Origin: Planctomycetota bacterium | GTDB lineage: Bacteria > Planctomycetota > Planctomycetia > JALXBF01 | NCBI GenBank assembly: GCA_026991575.1 | Contig: JALXBF010000105.1 | Coordinates: 62,001-126,000, forward strand | DNA: 64,000 nt | Direction of reading: 5' to 3' | Shown here: piece after piece, positions 51,124-59,385 of the stretch | Layout: each line of letters opens with the position of its first letter | Position numbering within the stretch: position 1 is the stretch's first letter | Position numbers and translations under genes: made by a program | Notes under the pieces: model-generated | The model's database searches: none | What the model saw: the letters and a program-made list of their open reading frames with translations, nothing else | Told to the model about the DNA's origin: nothing

Positions 51124-53502
51124 ATGAGGCAGAAGGCACTGTTTGGCCAAGAAACAGCACGGGACGATGCATCAGGCCAAAGGCTCTATGCCGACGTTGC
51201 GCTTAACTTTGCCCGGAACGACATCTGGACCTACCTTGTTCCGGACTCGCTGCGCGGGCGGCTGAAGCCCGGAATGCGCGTGAAGGTACCGTTTGGCCGA
51301 CGACGGCTGCCCCTGGTGGGCTACGTGGTCCGGACCCATCACCGACCGCCGCCGGTCAAGGCTCGACCGCTATTTGAGATCCTCGATGAGGAGCCGCTGC
51401 TGGATGAGACGATGCTCGCTTTGGCCAGTGCCGTCGCTCGGCATTACCTCTGTTCGCTCGGCCAGACGCTGGAAGCGATGTTGCCGGCCGGAGTGCGACT
51501 CGGGGTCGGTAGCCGGCGCGTGCGGCTCATCGCGTTGGCCGAGGACTACGCTGATCGGGTAGAGCACCACCGCGTCGGCCCTGCGCAGAAACGGCTGCTG
51601 CAGGCCCTGGCGGACGCTGGTGGTCCGCTGCGCGAAACCGATCTGCTGAATGCCGCGCGAACCTCGCGGGAACCGCTGCGAAAGCTGTTAGCGGCTGGTT
51701 TGGTCACCGAGCGGTTGATCACGGAACATCCCGGGCTGGTCGGTTCCCCGAGGTTGCGCCCACGGAGCTCGCCACATCGGCTGACGGCTGCCCAACAGCA
51801 GGCGCTGTCGCTGATCCTGGATGCGGTGCGCAAGAACCGCCACCAGGTGGTCCTGCTGCACGGGGTCACCGGAAGCGGGAAGACGGAGGTTTACATGAGG
51901 GCGATCGAGGAGGTGGTGCGGGCGGGCAAACAGGCGATTGTGCTTGTGCCGGAAATCAGCCTCACTCCCCAGACTCACGCGCGCTTCGCCGAGCGGTTCG
52001 GCACCGTGGCGCTCTTGCACAGTCACATGAGCCCGGTGGAACGACACGCGGCGTGGCGCCAGATCAAAGCGGGGCGGGTACCCGTAGTCGTCGGCGCGCG
52101 GAGTGCCATCTTCGCGCCATGCCCACGGCTGGGACTGATTGTGGTGGACGAAGAGCACGAGACGTCGTTTAAGCAGGAAACGCCACCACGGTACCACGCG
52201 CGCCATGTCGCTCGGCTCCGGGGACAACTGGAGAACGTTCCGCTCGTGCTCGGTTCCGCAACCCCTTCGCTCGAATCGTGGGCCGCTGCTCTAGCGGGCC
52301 ACTACGCCCTGGCCCGTTTGCCGGAACGCGTCGGCAAGCGGCCTCTGCCCACCGTCAAGATCATCGACCTCCGGCACGAGAAGGAACACTGGAAGAAGTC
52401 CCGTGCCATCAGCGAGCCGCTGCGCCATGCCATTCGGGAGGCACTGGACGCGGGGGGTCAAGTCATCCTGTTCCTGAACCGTCGTGGCTTCGCAACGATC
52501 GTCCAGTGTCGAGGGTGCGGTGAGGTGGTGGCGTGCCGCTACTGCGCGACGAGCCTGGTGTATCACCGCGCCGACGGCATGCTGCTGTGCCACATGTGTG
52601 ACTATCGGGAACCGCCGCCGCAAGCCTGCCCACTCTGCCGTGCTCCGTCGCTGCGGTACGTCGGCACGGGCACGGAGCGCCTCGAAGCCGAGCTCCAGGA
52701 GCTGTTCCCGGACGCACCGCTGGCCCGCATGGATGCCGACACGATGAGACGCCGCGGCGCGCACGCCGAGACGCTTCAGGCCTTTCGCGAAGGGAAAGCC
52801 AAAATTCTGCTAGGCACTCAGATGGTCACCAAAGGGCTCGACTTCCCCAACGTCCTCCTGGTCGGCGTGGTGCACGCCGACGTGGCCCTGCACCTGCCCG
52901 ATTTTCGGTCCGCCGAGCGTACGTTCCAGCTCATCACCCAAGTGGCAGGCCGTACCGGCCGCGGAGACCGCGCGGGCCTCGTGTTGGTGCAAACCTACCG
53001 CCCGGAGCATCCGGCAATCCGCTACGCGGCAACTCATGACTACGTCGGCTTCGCCCGCGAGGAACTGGCTGTACGCCGAAGGCTGCGCTATCCGCCGTTC
53101 TCGCGGTTGATCCGTATCGTGGCCCGCAGTTCCGAGCGGAACCTGGCCGCCCAAGCGGCCGACGAGCTAACCCGCCGCCTCAAGCAGCAGGTGGACAGCC
53201 ATCTCACGGCCGAACGCAGTGCTCCGAACGATGAGCAAACAATGGCCAAGAGGCACTACGAGTACCGCATCCTTGGTCCGGCACCGGCCCCGCTGGCGCG
53301 TCTGAAAGGTGAATACCGGTTCCATGTCCAGCTCTTCGCCTGGCCACGCCGCGCGGTGCCGGCCACGCGGGCAGAGCGGCCCAATCCCGAGGAACCGCTG
53401 CTGTACGTTCCGATCGACCTGGTCGCCACGACGCTTGCCGGGCTGGACTTACCCCCCAACGTCCACCTGACCGTGGATGTCGACCCCGTCTCGGTGCTGT
53501 AG
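51124..53502 (+). CDS. priA: Primosomal protein N' (replication restart helicase)
   Basis: GVTGSGKTEVY, LVPEISLTPQ, VDEEH, four CxxC Zn pairs, GTQMVTKGLDFP, QVAGRTGR. Confidence 0.96.
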   Translation: MRQKALFGQETARDDASGQRLYADVALNFARNDIWTYLVPDSLRGRLKPGMRVKVPFGRRRLPLVGYVVRTHHRPPPVKARPLFEILDEEPLLDETMLALASAVARHYLCSLGQTLEAMLPAGVRLGVGSRRVRLIALAEDYADRVEHHRVGPAQKRLLQALADAGGPLRETDLLNAARTSREPLRKLLAAGLVTERLITEHPGLVGSPRLRPRSSPHRLTAAQQQALSLILDAVRKNRHQVVLLHGVTGSGKTEVYMRAIEEVVRAGKQAIVLVPEISLTPQTHARFAERFGTVALLHSHMSPVERHAAWRQIKAGRVPVVVGARSAIFAPCPRLGLIVVDEEHETSFKQETPPRYHARHVARLRGQLENVPLVLGSATPSLESWAAALAGHYALARLPERVGKRPLPTVKIIDLRHEKEHWKKSRAISEPLRHAIREALDAGGQVILFLNRRGFATIVQCRGCGEVVACRYCATSLVYHRADGMLLCHMCDYREPPPQACPLCRAPSLRYVGTGTERLEAELQELFPDAPLARMDADTMRRRGAHAETLQAFREGKAKILLGTQMVTKGLDFPNVLLVGVVHADVALHLPDFRSAERTFQLITQVAGRTGRGDRAGLVLVQTYRPEHPAIRYAATHDYVGFAREELAVRRRLRYPPFSRLIRIVARSSERNLAAQAADELTRRLKQQVDSHLTAERSAPNDEQTMAKRHYEYRILGPAPAPLARLKGEYRFHVQLFAWPRRAVPATRAERPNPEEPLLYVPIDLVATTLAGLDLPPNVHLTVDVDPVSVL

Positions 53503-53645
53503 ACGCGGTCGCGCGCCGTTTGAGCCCAGGTTCGCGCACCGGATGCCCGAAGCACCGGATGTAGCCGGGGCAGCGGACGCTGAGCGGCAGCCTGAGTCTG
53601 CTGGGCCGGGTAAGCGACGGAAGCCGGAACCGCGGAGGCCGGAGC

Positions 53646-54920
53646 TCAGCGCAGCCGGAACAGTTTCTCGAGAGCCTCGAGCAGGCCGTGAGGGGCACCG
53701 TTGCGGCCCTCGTCGCGCAGCGCCGCCGAGGGCAGATGCAGGAGTCGGTTCTCGTAACGGCGGAATGCGTGAGCGATCTTCTCACGCTCCTCGTCACTTA
53801 ACTCGGGCAGCGAACGGAACAGGCGCCGAAGCTCTTCTTCGCGGATCGCGTCGAACTGAGCGCGTAGCCGCGTCACCACCGGCCCCATGCGCTGGTGATA
53901 CTGAAGCCGTGTCCAGCACTCCTCAGCAGCCCGGTCCACAATCAACCACGCCGCCTCCAACTCACGCTCTCGCGCCGCCAGGTTCTTGTCCCGCTGCTGC
54001 TCCAGGTCGTCGATGTTGTACAGGTAGACGTTCTCCAGGTCCGCAACGTCGGAGGCAAAGTCGCGCGGCACTGCAATATCGATGATGACCACCGGACGCC
54101 ACTGCCGGCGTTCCATGACCCGGCCAAACCGCTGCCGATCCACGATCGGTTCCGCAGACGCGGTCGTGCTCAGGATGAGGTCCGCTTCGGCAAGCCAGTC
54201 GTCCAGCTGCTCAAACGGAACGGCCCGCCCGCCGAAACGCTCCGCCAACTGCCGTGCCTTCTCGGCGCTACGATTCGTGACCAGCAGGCGGCCCGGTTTC
54301 AGCTCCAGCAGATGCTCCAGCGTCAGTTCGGCCATCTTGCCGGCACCGATGACCAGGACCGTCTTCGTTCCAAAGTGACCGGCATCGAACACCTCGCAAG
54401 CAAACTCGACGGCCACGCTGGAGACCGAAACCCTCCCCCTGGTGATTGCCGTGTCACGGTGCACCTGCTTGGCCGCCGCAACTGCCGCCTGGAACAGCTG
54501 GTTCAGGGTTGCGGCCACCGTCCCGGCTGATCGGGCCAGCTCGTAGGCCTGCTTGACCTGGGCCAGGATCTGTGTTTCGCCCAGTACCATGCTGTCCAGA
54601 CTGGCTGCCACAGCAAACAGGTGGCGCACCGCGTCCCGCCCCTCGTAGCGGTAGAAGTGCGCTCGGGCCGCCTCTGGCTCCAGCCCGCGCAGTCGGCAGA
54701 GCCAACCGGCCGGGTCGAACAGCGAACAGGCAGCCTGCTCATTGGATGCAACGTAAAGCTCGACGCGGTTACACGTGCTCAGCAGTGCCGTCTCGGCATC
54801 GGGCAGTTCCTGACGCAGCAGGGTGAGGACCTCGCTAACCTGCTGGCGGTCAAAGCTGAGCCGCTCACGCAACGCCACGGGCGCCGTCTTGTGGTTGCAG
54901 CCGACCACAAGGAGCCTCAC
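53646..54920 (-). CDS. hemA: Glutamyl-tRNA reductase
   Basis: G.NHKTAPV..RE, STCNRVE, SLDSMVLGETQILAQVK, VIGAGKM, DIAVPRD. GTG start overlaps the upstream stop. Confidence 0.95.
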   Translation of the reverse strand: MRLLVVGCNHKTAPVALRERLSFDRQQVSEVLTLLRQELPDAETALLSTCNRVELYVASNEQAACSLFDPAGWLCRLRGLEPEAARAHFYRYEGRDAVRHLFAVAASLDSMVLGETQILAQVKQAYELARSAGTVAATLNQLFQAAVAAAKQVHRDTAITRGRVSVSSVAVEFACEVFDAGHFGTKTVLVIGAGKMAELTLEHLLELKPGRLLVTNRSAEKARQLAERFGGRAVPFEQLDDWLAEADLILSTTASAEPIVDRQRFGRVMERRQWRPVVIIDIAVPRDFASDVADLENVYLYNIDDLEQQRDKNLAARERELEAAWLIVDRAAEECWTRLQYHQRMGPVVTRLRAQFDAIREEELRRLFRSLPELSDEEREKIAHAFRRYENRLLHLPSAALRDEGRNGAPHGLLEALEKLFRLR

Positions 54921-55771
54921 GAGACGCCTCCCAGCCGCGCCCGGTGCCACGTGTCCAGAAACATCTCGACACCGACCATGGTGAACATCAGCAGCACGAA
55001 GGCGATCGTGGTCAGGTAGGCAACACGGCGGCCCCGCAGCCGCGGTTCACGCTGCAGCAACACCGCCGCCCCGAGTACGAACCAGGTCAAGATTGCCGAG
55101 ACCACCTTAGGATCCAGCAGACTGCCCCACATGCTCGCGCCCGGCTTGACCGCCGTGGCCAGCACCAAGCCGATCAGCAGGCCGACCGTTAGCATGGGAA
55201 AGCCCAACACCAGACCGCGGCGGTTCACTCGCTCGAGCGTCTCAAGGCTCGGCAGCTTCCAGCCAGAACGCGGCAGTTTCTTGGCCTTCAGCCGGCGCAC
55301 CTGGACCAGGTACATGAGGCCGGCGATGAAGCTGACACCGACGCAGAACGCACCTACCGTCAGCAGGGCAGCGTGCGTCATCGCCCAGAAACGGCCCATG
55401 CCCTCGGGCAGCTCGCGGGTTTGTTCCTCCCCGAGCAAGGCCGCAGCCGCCACAAGCACGACGATCATGGGCAGCAGGAACGCACCGAGAGCCTGCTCCG
55501 GGTACTCGATGTCGAGCACGACATAGACCAGTGCCAGCGCCCAGATCAGCACAAGCAGGGCCTCGTACAGCGTGCTCAGCGGCACCACGCCCTGCTGATA
55601 GCGCAGCACCATGTAGATCGTCTGCGCCAACAAGCCGGCCAGCGCAAAGCCGACCGTGCCGATCCGCCGCCAGTGCACGTTGATGCGGCTGGCAAGGAAG
55701 TAGAGCACGGCCGCCGAAACATAGCTGGCGGCAAAGCAGAAGAACCTTACCCCTTCGAGGTTCAGGGTCAT
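54917..55771 (-). CDS. Cytochrome c assembly (CcsA/HemX-like) membrane protein
   Basis: About 8 TMs; His in WAMTHAA; LPSLETLE; DPKV; translationally coupled to hemA. Confidence 0.85.
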   Translation of the reverse strand: MTLNLEGVRFFCFAASYVSAAVLYFLASRINVHWRRIGTVGFALAGLLAQTIYMVLRYQQGVVPLSTLYEALLVLIWALALVYVVLDIEYPEQALGAFLLPMIVVLVAAAALLGEEQTRELPEGMGRFWAMTHAALLTVGAFCVGVSFIAGLMYLVQVRRLKAKKLPRSGWKLPSLETLERVNRRGLVLGFPMLTVGLLIGLVLATAVKPGASMWGSLLDPKVVSAILTWFVLGAAVLLQREPRLRGRRVAYLTTIAFVLLMFTMVGVEMFLDTWHRARLGGVS

Positions 55772-55987
55772 GGCGGTAAGCGTGTGGCGAGGCTTGTTCT
55801 AGGGAATTCTAAGCCACGGTCTCCACGCAGGCAGGACCGGTCAGACCAACCGGCGATCCGCACGCTCTGGTAGCGGCCGCCTGCCGGCTCCGACCAGCTG
55901 CGCAGAAGAGCTGAGCTGGAGCGGCGAAGCCGCCTGCGGCTAGGAATTCCGGTCGAACCTCGTGCTTGCCGGAACAGCGATCCCGGC

Positions 55988-56428
55988 TCAGACTCCGAGT
56001 TCTAGCGACCTTAGTTCCGCGCCCTCCGGCCCGAACTCGATCTGTAACCGGCACTGATCCGTTTCCAGCGTGACCAGGTAGGTGCATGGTGAAACGAGCG
56101 AGACGTTCATCTGTTGCAGCGCCTGCCCTTGTAGGCCGGCCAACGCGCCGCTCAGCCGACGGAGCTGCTCTTGGAGCTGTCTGGCCGGCGGCAGGCGGCG
56201 GTAGAGTTGTCGGACGGCCGCTTCGGTGTGCGGGCCGTGCAGCCGACGGACATGGCCGCTGTGCAGTGATTCGGTAACGAGCCGCGCTAGGGGTTCAAGC
56301 AGCGCGTCGGATAGGGTCCCCGTGCGGAGCCCTTCTTCCAGGGCCTCCCGCTGCCCCGGATCGAAGGTCAATGGTAGGACCCGCAGCGCATTGAGCAATA
56401 CGTCTCGCAACTCACGTGGCAGATCCAT
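55988..56428 (-). CDS. Hypothetical protein downstream of cysH
   Basis: 146-aa ORF with GGAG upstream; helical N-part and beta-strand C-terminus. Confidence 0.65.
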   Translation of the reverse strand: MDLPRELRDVLLNALRVLPLTFDPGQREALEEGLRTGTLSDALLEPLARLVTESLHSGHVRRLHGPHTEAAVRQLYRRLPPARQLQEQLRRLSGALAGLQGQALQQMNVSLVSPCTYLVTLETDQCRLQIEFGPEGAELRSLELGV

Positions 56429-56617
56429 GGCTTGCTCCCGCAGCCGGAAGTGCACATGGGCCGAGGCACGATCGCAGCCCCGCGGACCGCTGCAGCGAAA
56501 AAAGGCCGACCGCGTACGAGTATACGCGGACGGCCACGGACCGTATCGGAGGACAGAAGGCGTTGCTAGAAGCGGTGTCGGCAGTCGAGCGTAGCGGTCC
56601 AGGGGAAGCGGGGCGCT

Positions 56618-57463
56618 TCAGTTGCTCGAGCCGGCCACCGTCGGTTTGTCGTATCGGTGTGCTTCCTTGCCCAGGATGGCCTCGACTTCGTGTTCGAAGC
56701 CGCCCGTCTCGATCGGGCAATGCATGCCGCATTCCTTCGGCGCGTTGGTTTCCCACCACCAGCGGCCTGCGCGCGGATCCTCATCGGGACGGACCGGTCG
56801 GCAGCAGGGGGCGCAGCCAATGCTCTTGTAGCCCTTGTCGTACAGCTCGTTGTACGGCACGTCAAACTCGCGGATGTACTGCCAAACGTCCTCGGCAGTC
56901 CAGTCCGCCAGCGGGTTCAACTTCACAATGCCGCCATGATCGTGGTCGATTTCCACCTTGCGGATGTTGGCCCGAGTCGCCCACTGATCGCGACGCAGGC
57001 CGGTGATCCAGGCGTCCAGCCCTTTGAGAGCCCGCGTCAGCGGCAGCACCTTGCGAATGTGACAACACAGTAGCCGCAACGGCACACTCTTGCGGAACAG
57101 ATTCACGCCGTGCCGCCGCACCATCGCCTCCACCTGCGCCGCCTCCGGAAAGAGCACTTCGATCTTGATCCCGTAGCGCTCGCGCACGCGATCCATCAAC
57201 TCGTACGTTTCCTGCGGCAGCCGGCCCGTATCGACTGTGATCACCCGCACGTCCGGGTTGATGTGGTAGGCCATGTCAATCAGCACCATACTGTCGGCCT
57301 GGAAACTGGTCACGATCGCCAGCCGCGGATGGAACCGCTCAAAAGCCCACTCCAGCAGGTCCTCCGGCTCGCGATCGTCGAAGTACGTGGCCAGTTCGCC
57401 GGCCTCGTAATCGTCCATCACGAACCGCTGCTCTTCGGATTCCTGATGCCGAGCAACTGCCAT
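56618..57463 (-). CDS. cysH: APS/PAPS reductase, [4Fe-4S] type (probable APS reductase)
   Basis: VDTGRLP.ETY, CCHIRKV.PL, WITGLRRDQ, SIGCAPC, RAGRWWWE, KECGMH. Confidence 0.93.
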   Translation of the reverse strand: MAVARHQESEEQRFVMDDYEAGELATYFDDREPEDLLEWAFERFHPRLAIVTSFQADSMVLIDMAYHINPDVRVITVDTGRLPQETYELMDRVRERYGIKIEVLFPEAAQVEAMVRRHGVNLFRKSVPLRLLCCHIRKVLPLTRALKGLDAWITGLRRDQWATRANIRKVEIDHDHGGIVKLNPLADWTAEDVWQYIREFDVPYNELYDKGYKSIGCAPCCRPVRPDEDPRAGRWWWETNAPKECGMHCPIETGGFEHEVEAILGKEAHRYDKPTVAGSSN

Positions 57464-57512
57464 CGTGCCAAGTCCTCCGTCGGCTCTGGTCGCGTGAACA
57501 GCGCGTCGGGAT

Positions 57513-59234
57513 TCAAGCAGCAGGCTGACTGATGGGCTGCTCGCCACGGGCCAGCGCATCAAGCGTCTCATCGTCCAGGCGGCGGAAGAACTCCTGGGGC
57601 GTCTCGCCCTCGCGCCGCTGCGTCAGATAAGCCCGCACGAGCCGCTCCACACAGTACTTCACCTCATCGAACCGCACCCGGCGGACGACCGCTTTGGCAA
57701 TCCCTTTCTGAGGGCCAAGCCCGCCGCGAAGCAAGATGTCATAAGCCGGGACCTTGCCCTCCGGCGTACTCAGCGTCGTCCCCTGAATCCCAATGTCACC
57801 AACCCAGTGCTGACCGCACGCATGCGGGCAGCCATCCAGATAGATCCGCAAGTCGGCTGCCGCCTCGCCAAAGGTCGCCTCCAGGTGCTCGACGATCTCG
57901 ATCAGCTTCTGCTTGGTCTGCCCCACAGCGAAGTTGCAGTAGGGATCGCCCGTGCAGCCGATGCTGTGGCCGCGCAGCGGGTTGACGTCCAGCCGCAGTC
58001 CCACCTCATCAGCCATCCGACCAACTACCTCGTCCGCCCGCTCCGCGGGTACGTTGACCAGGATCAGATTCTGCTCACGGGTCAACCGGATCTCGGCGGC
58101 CACCGTCTCAGCGATCTCAGCCACCCGCACCATCTGCTCACCGCTCAACACACCAGGGAAGACCGGAAAACCGATGTACCGCCGACCATCCTTTTGAACA
58201 TGAACGCCCATGTGATCGGTCCGGCCGCGCGGCACTGGGTCTGCGGCCAGGTCCGCCAGTCGCCGGCCGAGCCGCTCTTCGAGCATCTGGCGAATCTTCT
58301 CAGGTCCATAGTCGTCGACCATGAACTTGAAGCGAGCCTTGGCGCGGGACATCCGGTAGCGGAGATCATCACGCCACAGTTGCATCAACGTCTCAGCGAC
58401 CTCCAACGCCTCATCGCAGGTCACGAACACACCCAGCGACCGCGCAATGCGGGGCACAGTCGACAGCCCCCCGCCAACCCAGACCGCAAAGCCGTGCTGG
58501 CCATCCTGCACGGTGCCCACCAGGGCAATGTCATGGATCTCCGGGGCATTGCAGTGGTAGGCACAAGCGGAGATGGTCCATTTGTGCTTGCGCGGCAGGT
58601 CGCCGTAGTCAGGATTGCCCGAGTAGCGGCGGTGAGCCTCCTGCACCAGCGGGCGCACGTCAAAGAGTTCGTCCGCATCAACGCCTGCCACCGGGCAGCT
58701 GGTGATGTTCCGGAGTACATCGCCGCAGCCCCCCTTAGTGGTCAGCCCCGCCGCCGCAAGCGTCTGGAAGATCTCCGGCAAGGCCTCCAGACGAATCCAA
58801 TGCAACTGGATATCCTGTCGCGTGGTCAGTTCGCCGCGGTTTTGGCCATAGCGTTGGGCTAGCTCGCCAATGGTGCGGAGTTTGGCCGGCGTGAGGATGC
58901 CACCGGGGATCTTGATCCGCATCATGAAGTAGCCGACCTTCGGCTTGTCGTGATACAGGCCGTGCCATTGCAGCCGAAGGACGTCCTCTTCGGGAATCTC
59001 CTCATAAGGCGTCGTGCTGATGCGGTCCAGGTCATCGATGATGGTCAGCGGAGCGCGCTGCTTCTTGATCCGTTCCACGTAGTTGCGGCGCAGCACCTCC
59101 TCAAGCGTCACCGGGCGGGTGGCCCGCTGCCGACGCCGCCGTTTCCGCAACGCTCTGGCACGCTCCGCTGCATCCGACACGACCGACCTCTCCGTTTGCG
59201 TTGCTGCCTTGCTCCCGATCACCCCACGACTCAA
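57513..59234 (-). CDS. Siroheme nitrite/sulfite reductase (ferredoxin-type sulfite reductase by context); start uncertain
   Basis: FMMRIKIPGG, TTRQDIQLH, GD..RNI, LPRK.K, CTGDPYC...GCPHACGQ siroheme/Fe-S cysteines. Confidence 0.9.
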   Translation of the reverse strand: MSRGVIGSKAATQTERSVVSDAAERARALRKRRRRQRATRPVTLEEVLRRNYVERIKKQRAPLTIIDDLDRISTTPYEEIPEEDVLRLQWHGLYHDKPKVGYFMMRIKIPGGILTPAKLRTIGELAQRYGQNRGELTTRQDIQLHWIRLEALPEIFQTLAAAGLTTKGGCGDVLRNITSCPVAGVDADELFDVRPLVQEAHRRYSGNPDYGDLPRKHKWTISACAYHCNAPEIHDIALVGTVQDGQHGFAVWVGGGLSTVPRIARSLGVFVTCDEALEVAETLMQLWRDDLRYRMSRAKARFKFMVDDYGPEKIRQMLEERLGRRLADLAADPVPRGRTDHMGVHVQKDGRRYIGFPVFPGVLSGEQMVRVAEIAETVAAEIRLTREQNLILVNVPAERADEVVGRMADEVGLRLDVNPLRGHSIGCTGDPYCNFAVGQTKQKLIEIVEHLEATFGEAAADLRIYLDGCPHACGQHWVGDIGIQGTTLSTPEGKVPAYDILLRGGLGPQKGIAKAVVRRVRFDEVKYCVERLVRAYLTQRREGETPQEFFRRLDDETLDALARGEQPISQPAA

Positions 59235-59279
59235 GACCGCTACGGCATCTATCGGCCATCGTGAGCAAGGTCATTAACT

Positions 59280-59307
59280 ATGTTAGGAAACCCAAAAGAG
59301 AAGTCAA
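59280..59307 (-). promoter_or_regulatory. Putative sigma-70 promoter for the sulfite reductase-cysH genes
   Basis: Minus strand TTGACT-N16-TAACAT in an AT-rich intergenic patch. Confidence 0.5.
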
Positions 59308-59385
59308 GCAACCAATTTGATGACATTTAACGATACAGCGGACGTGCCATGCGGCTCCTGCAGGTCGTACGGATGTTGCCGGGAG

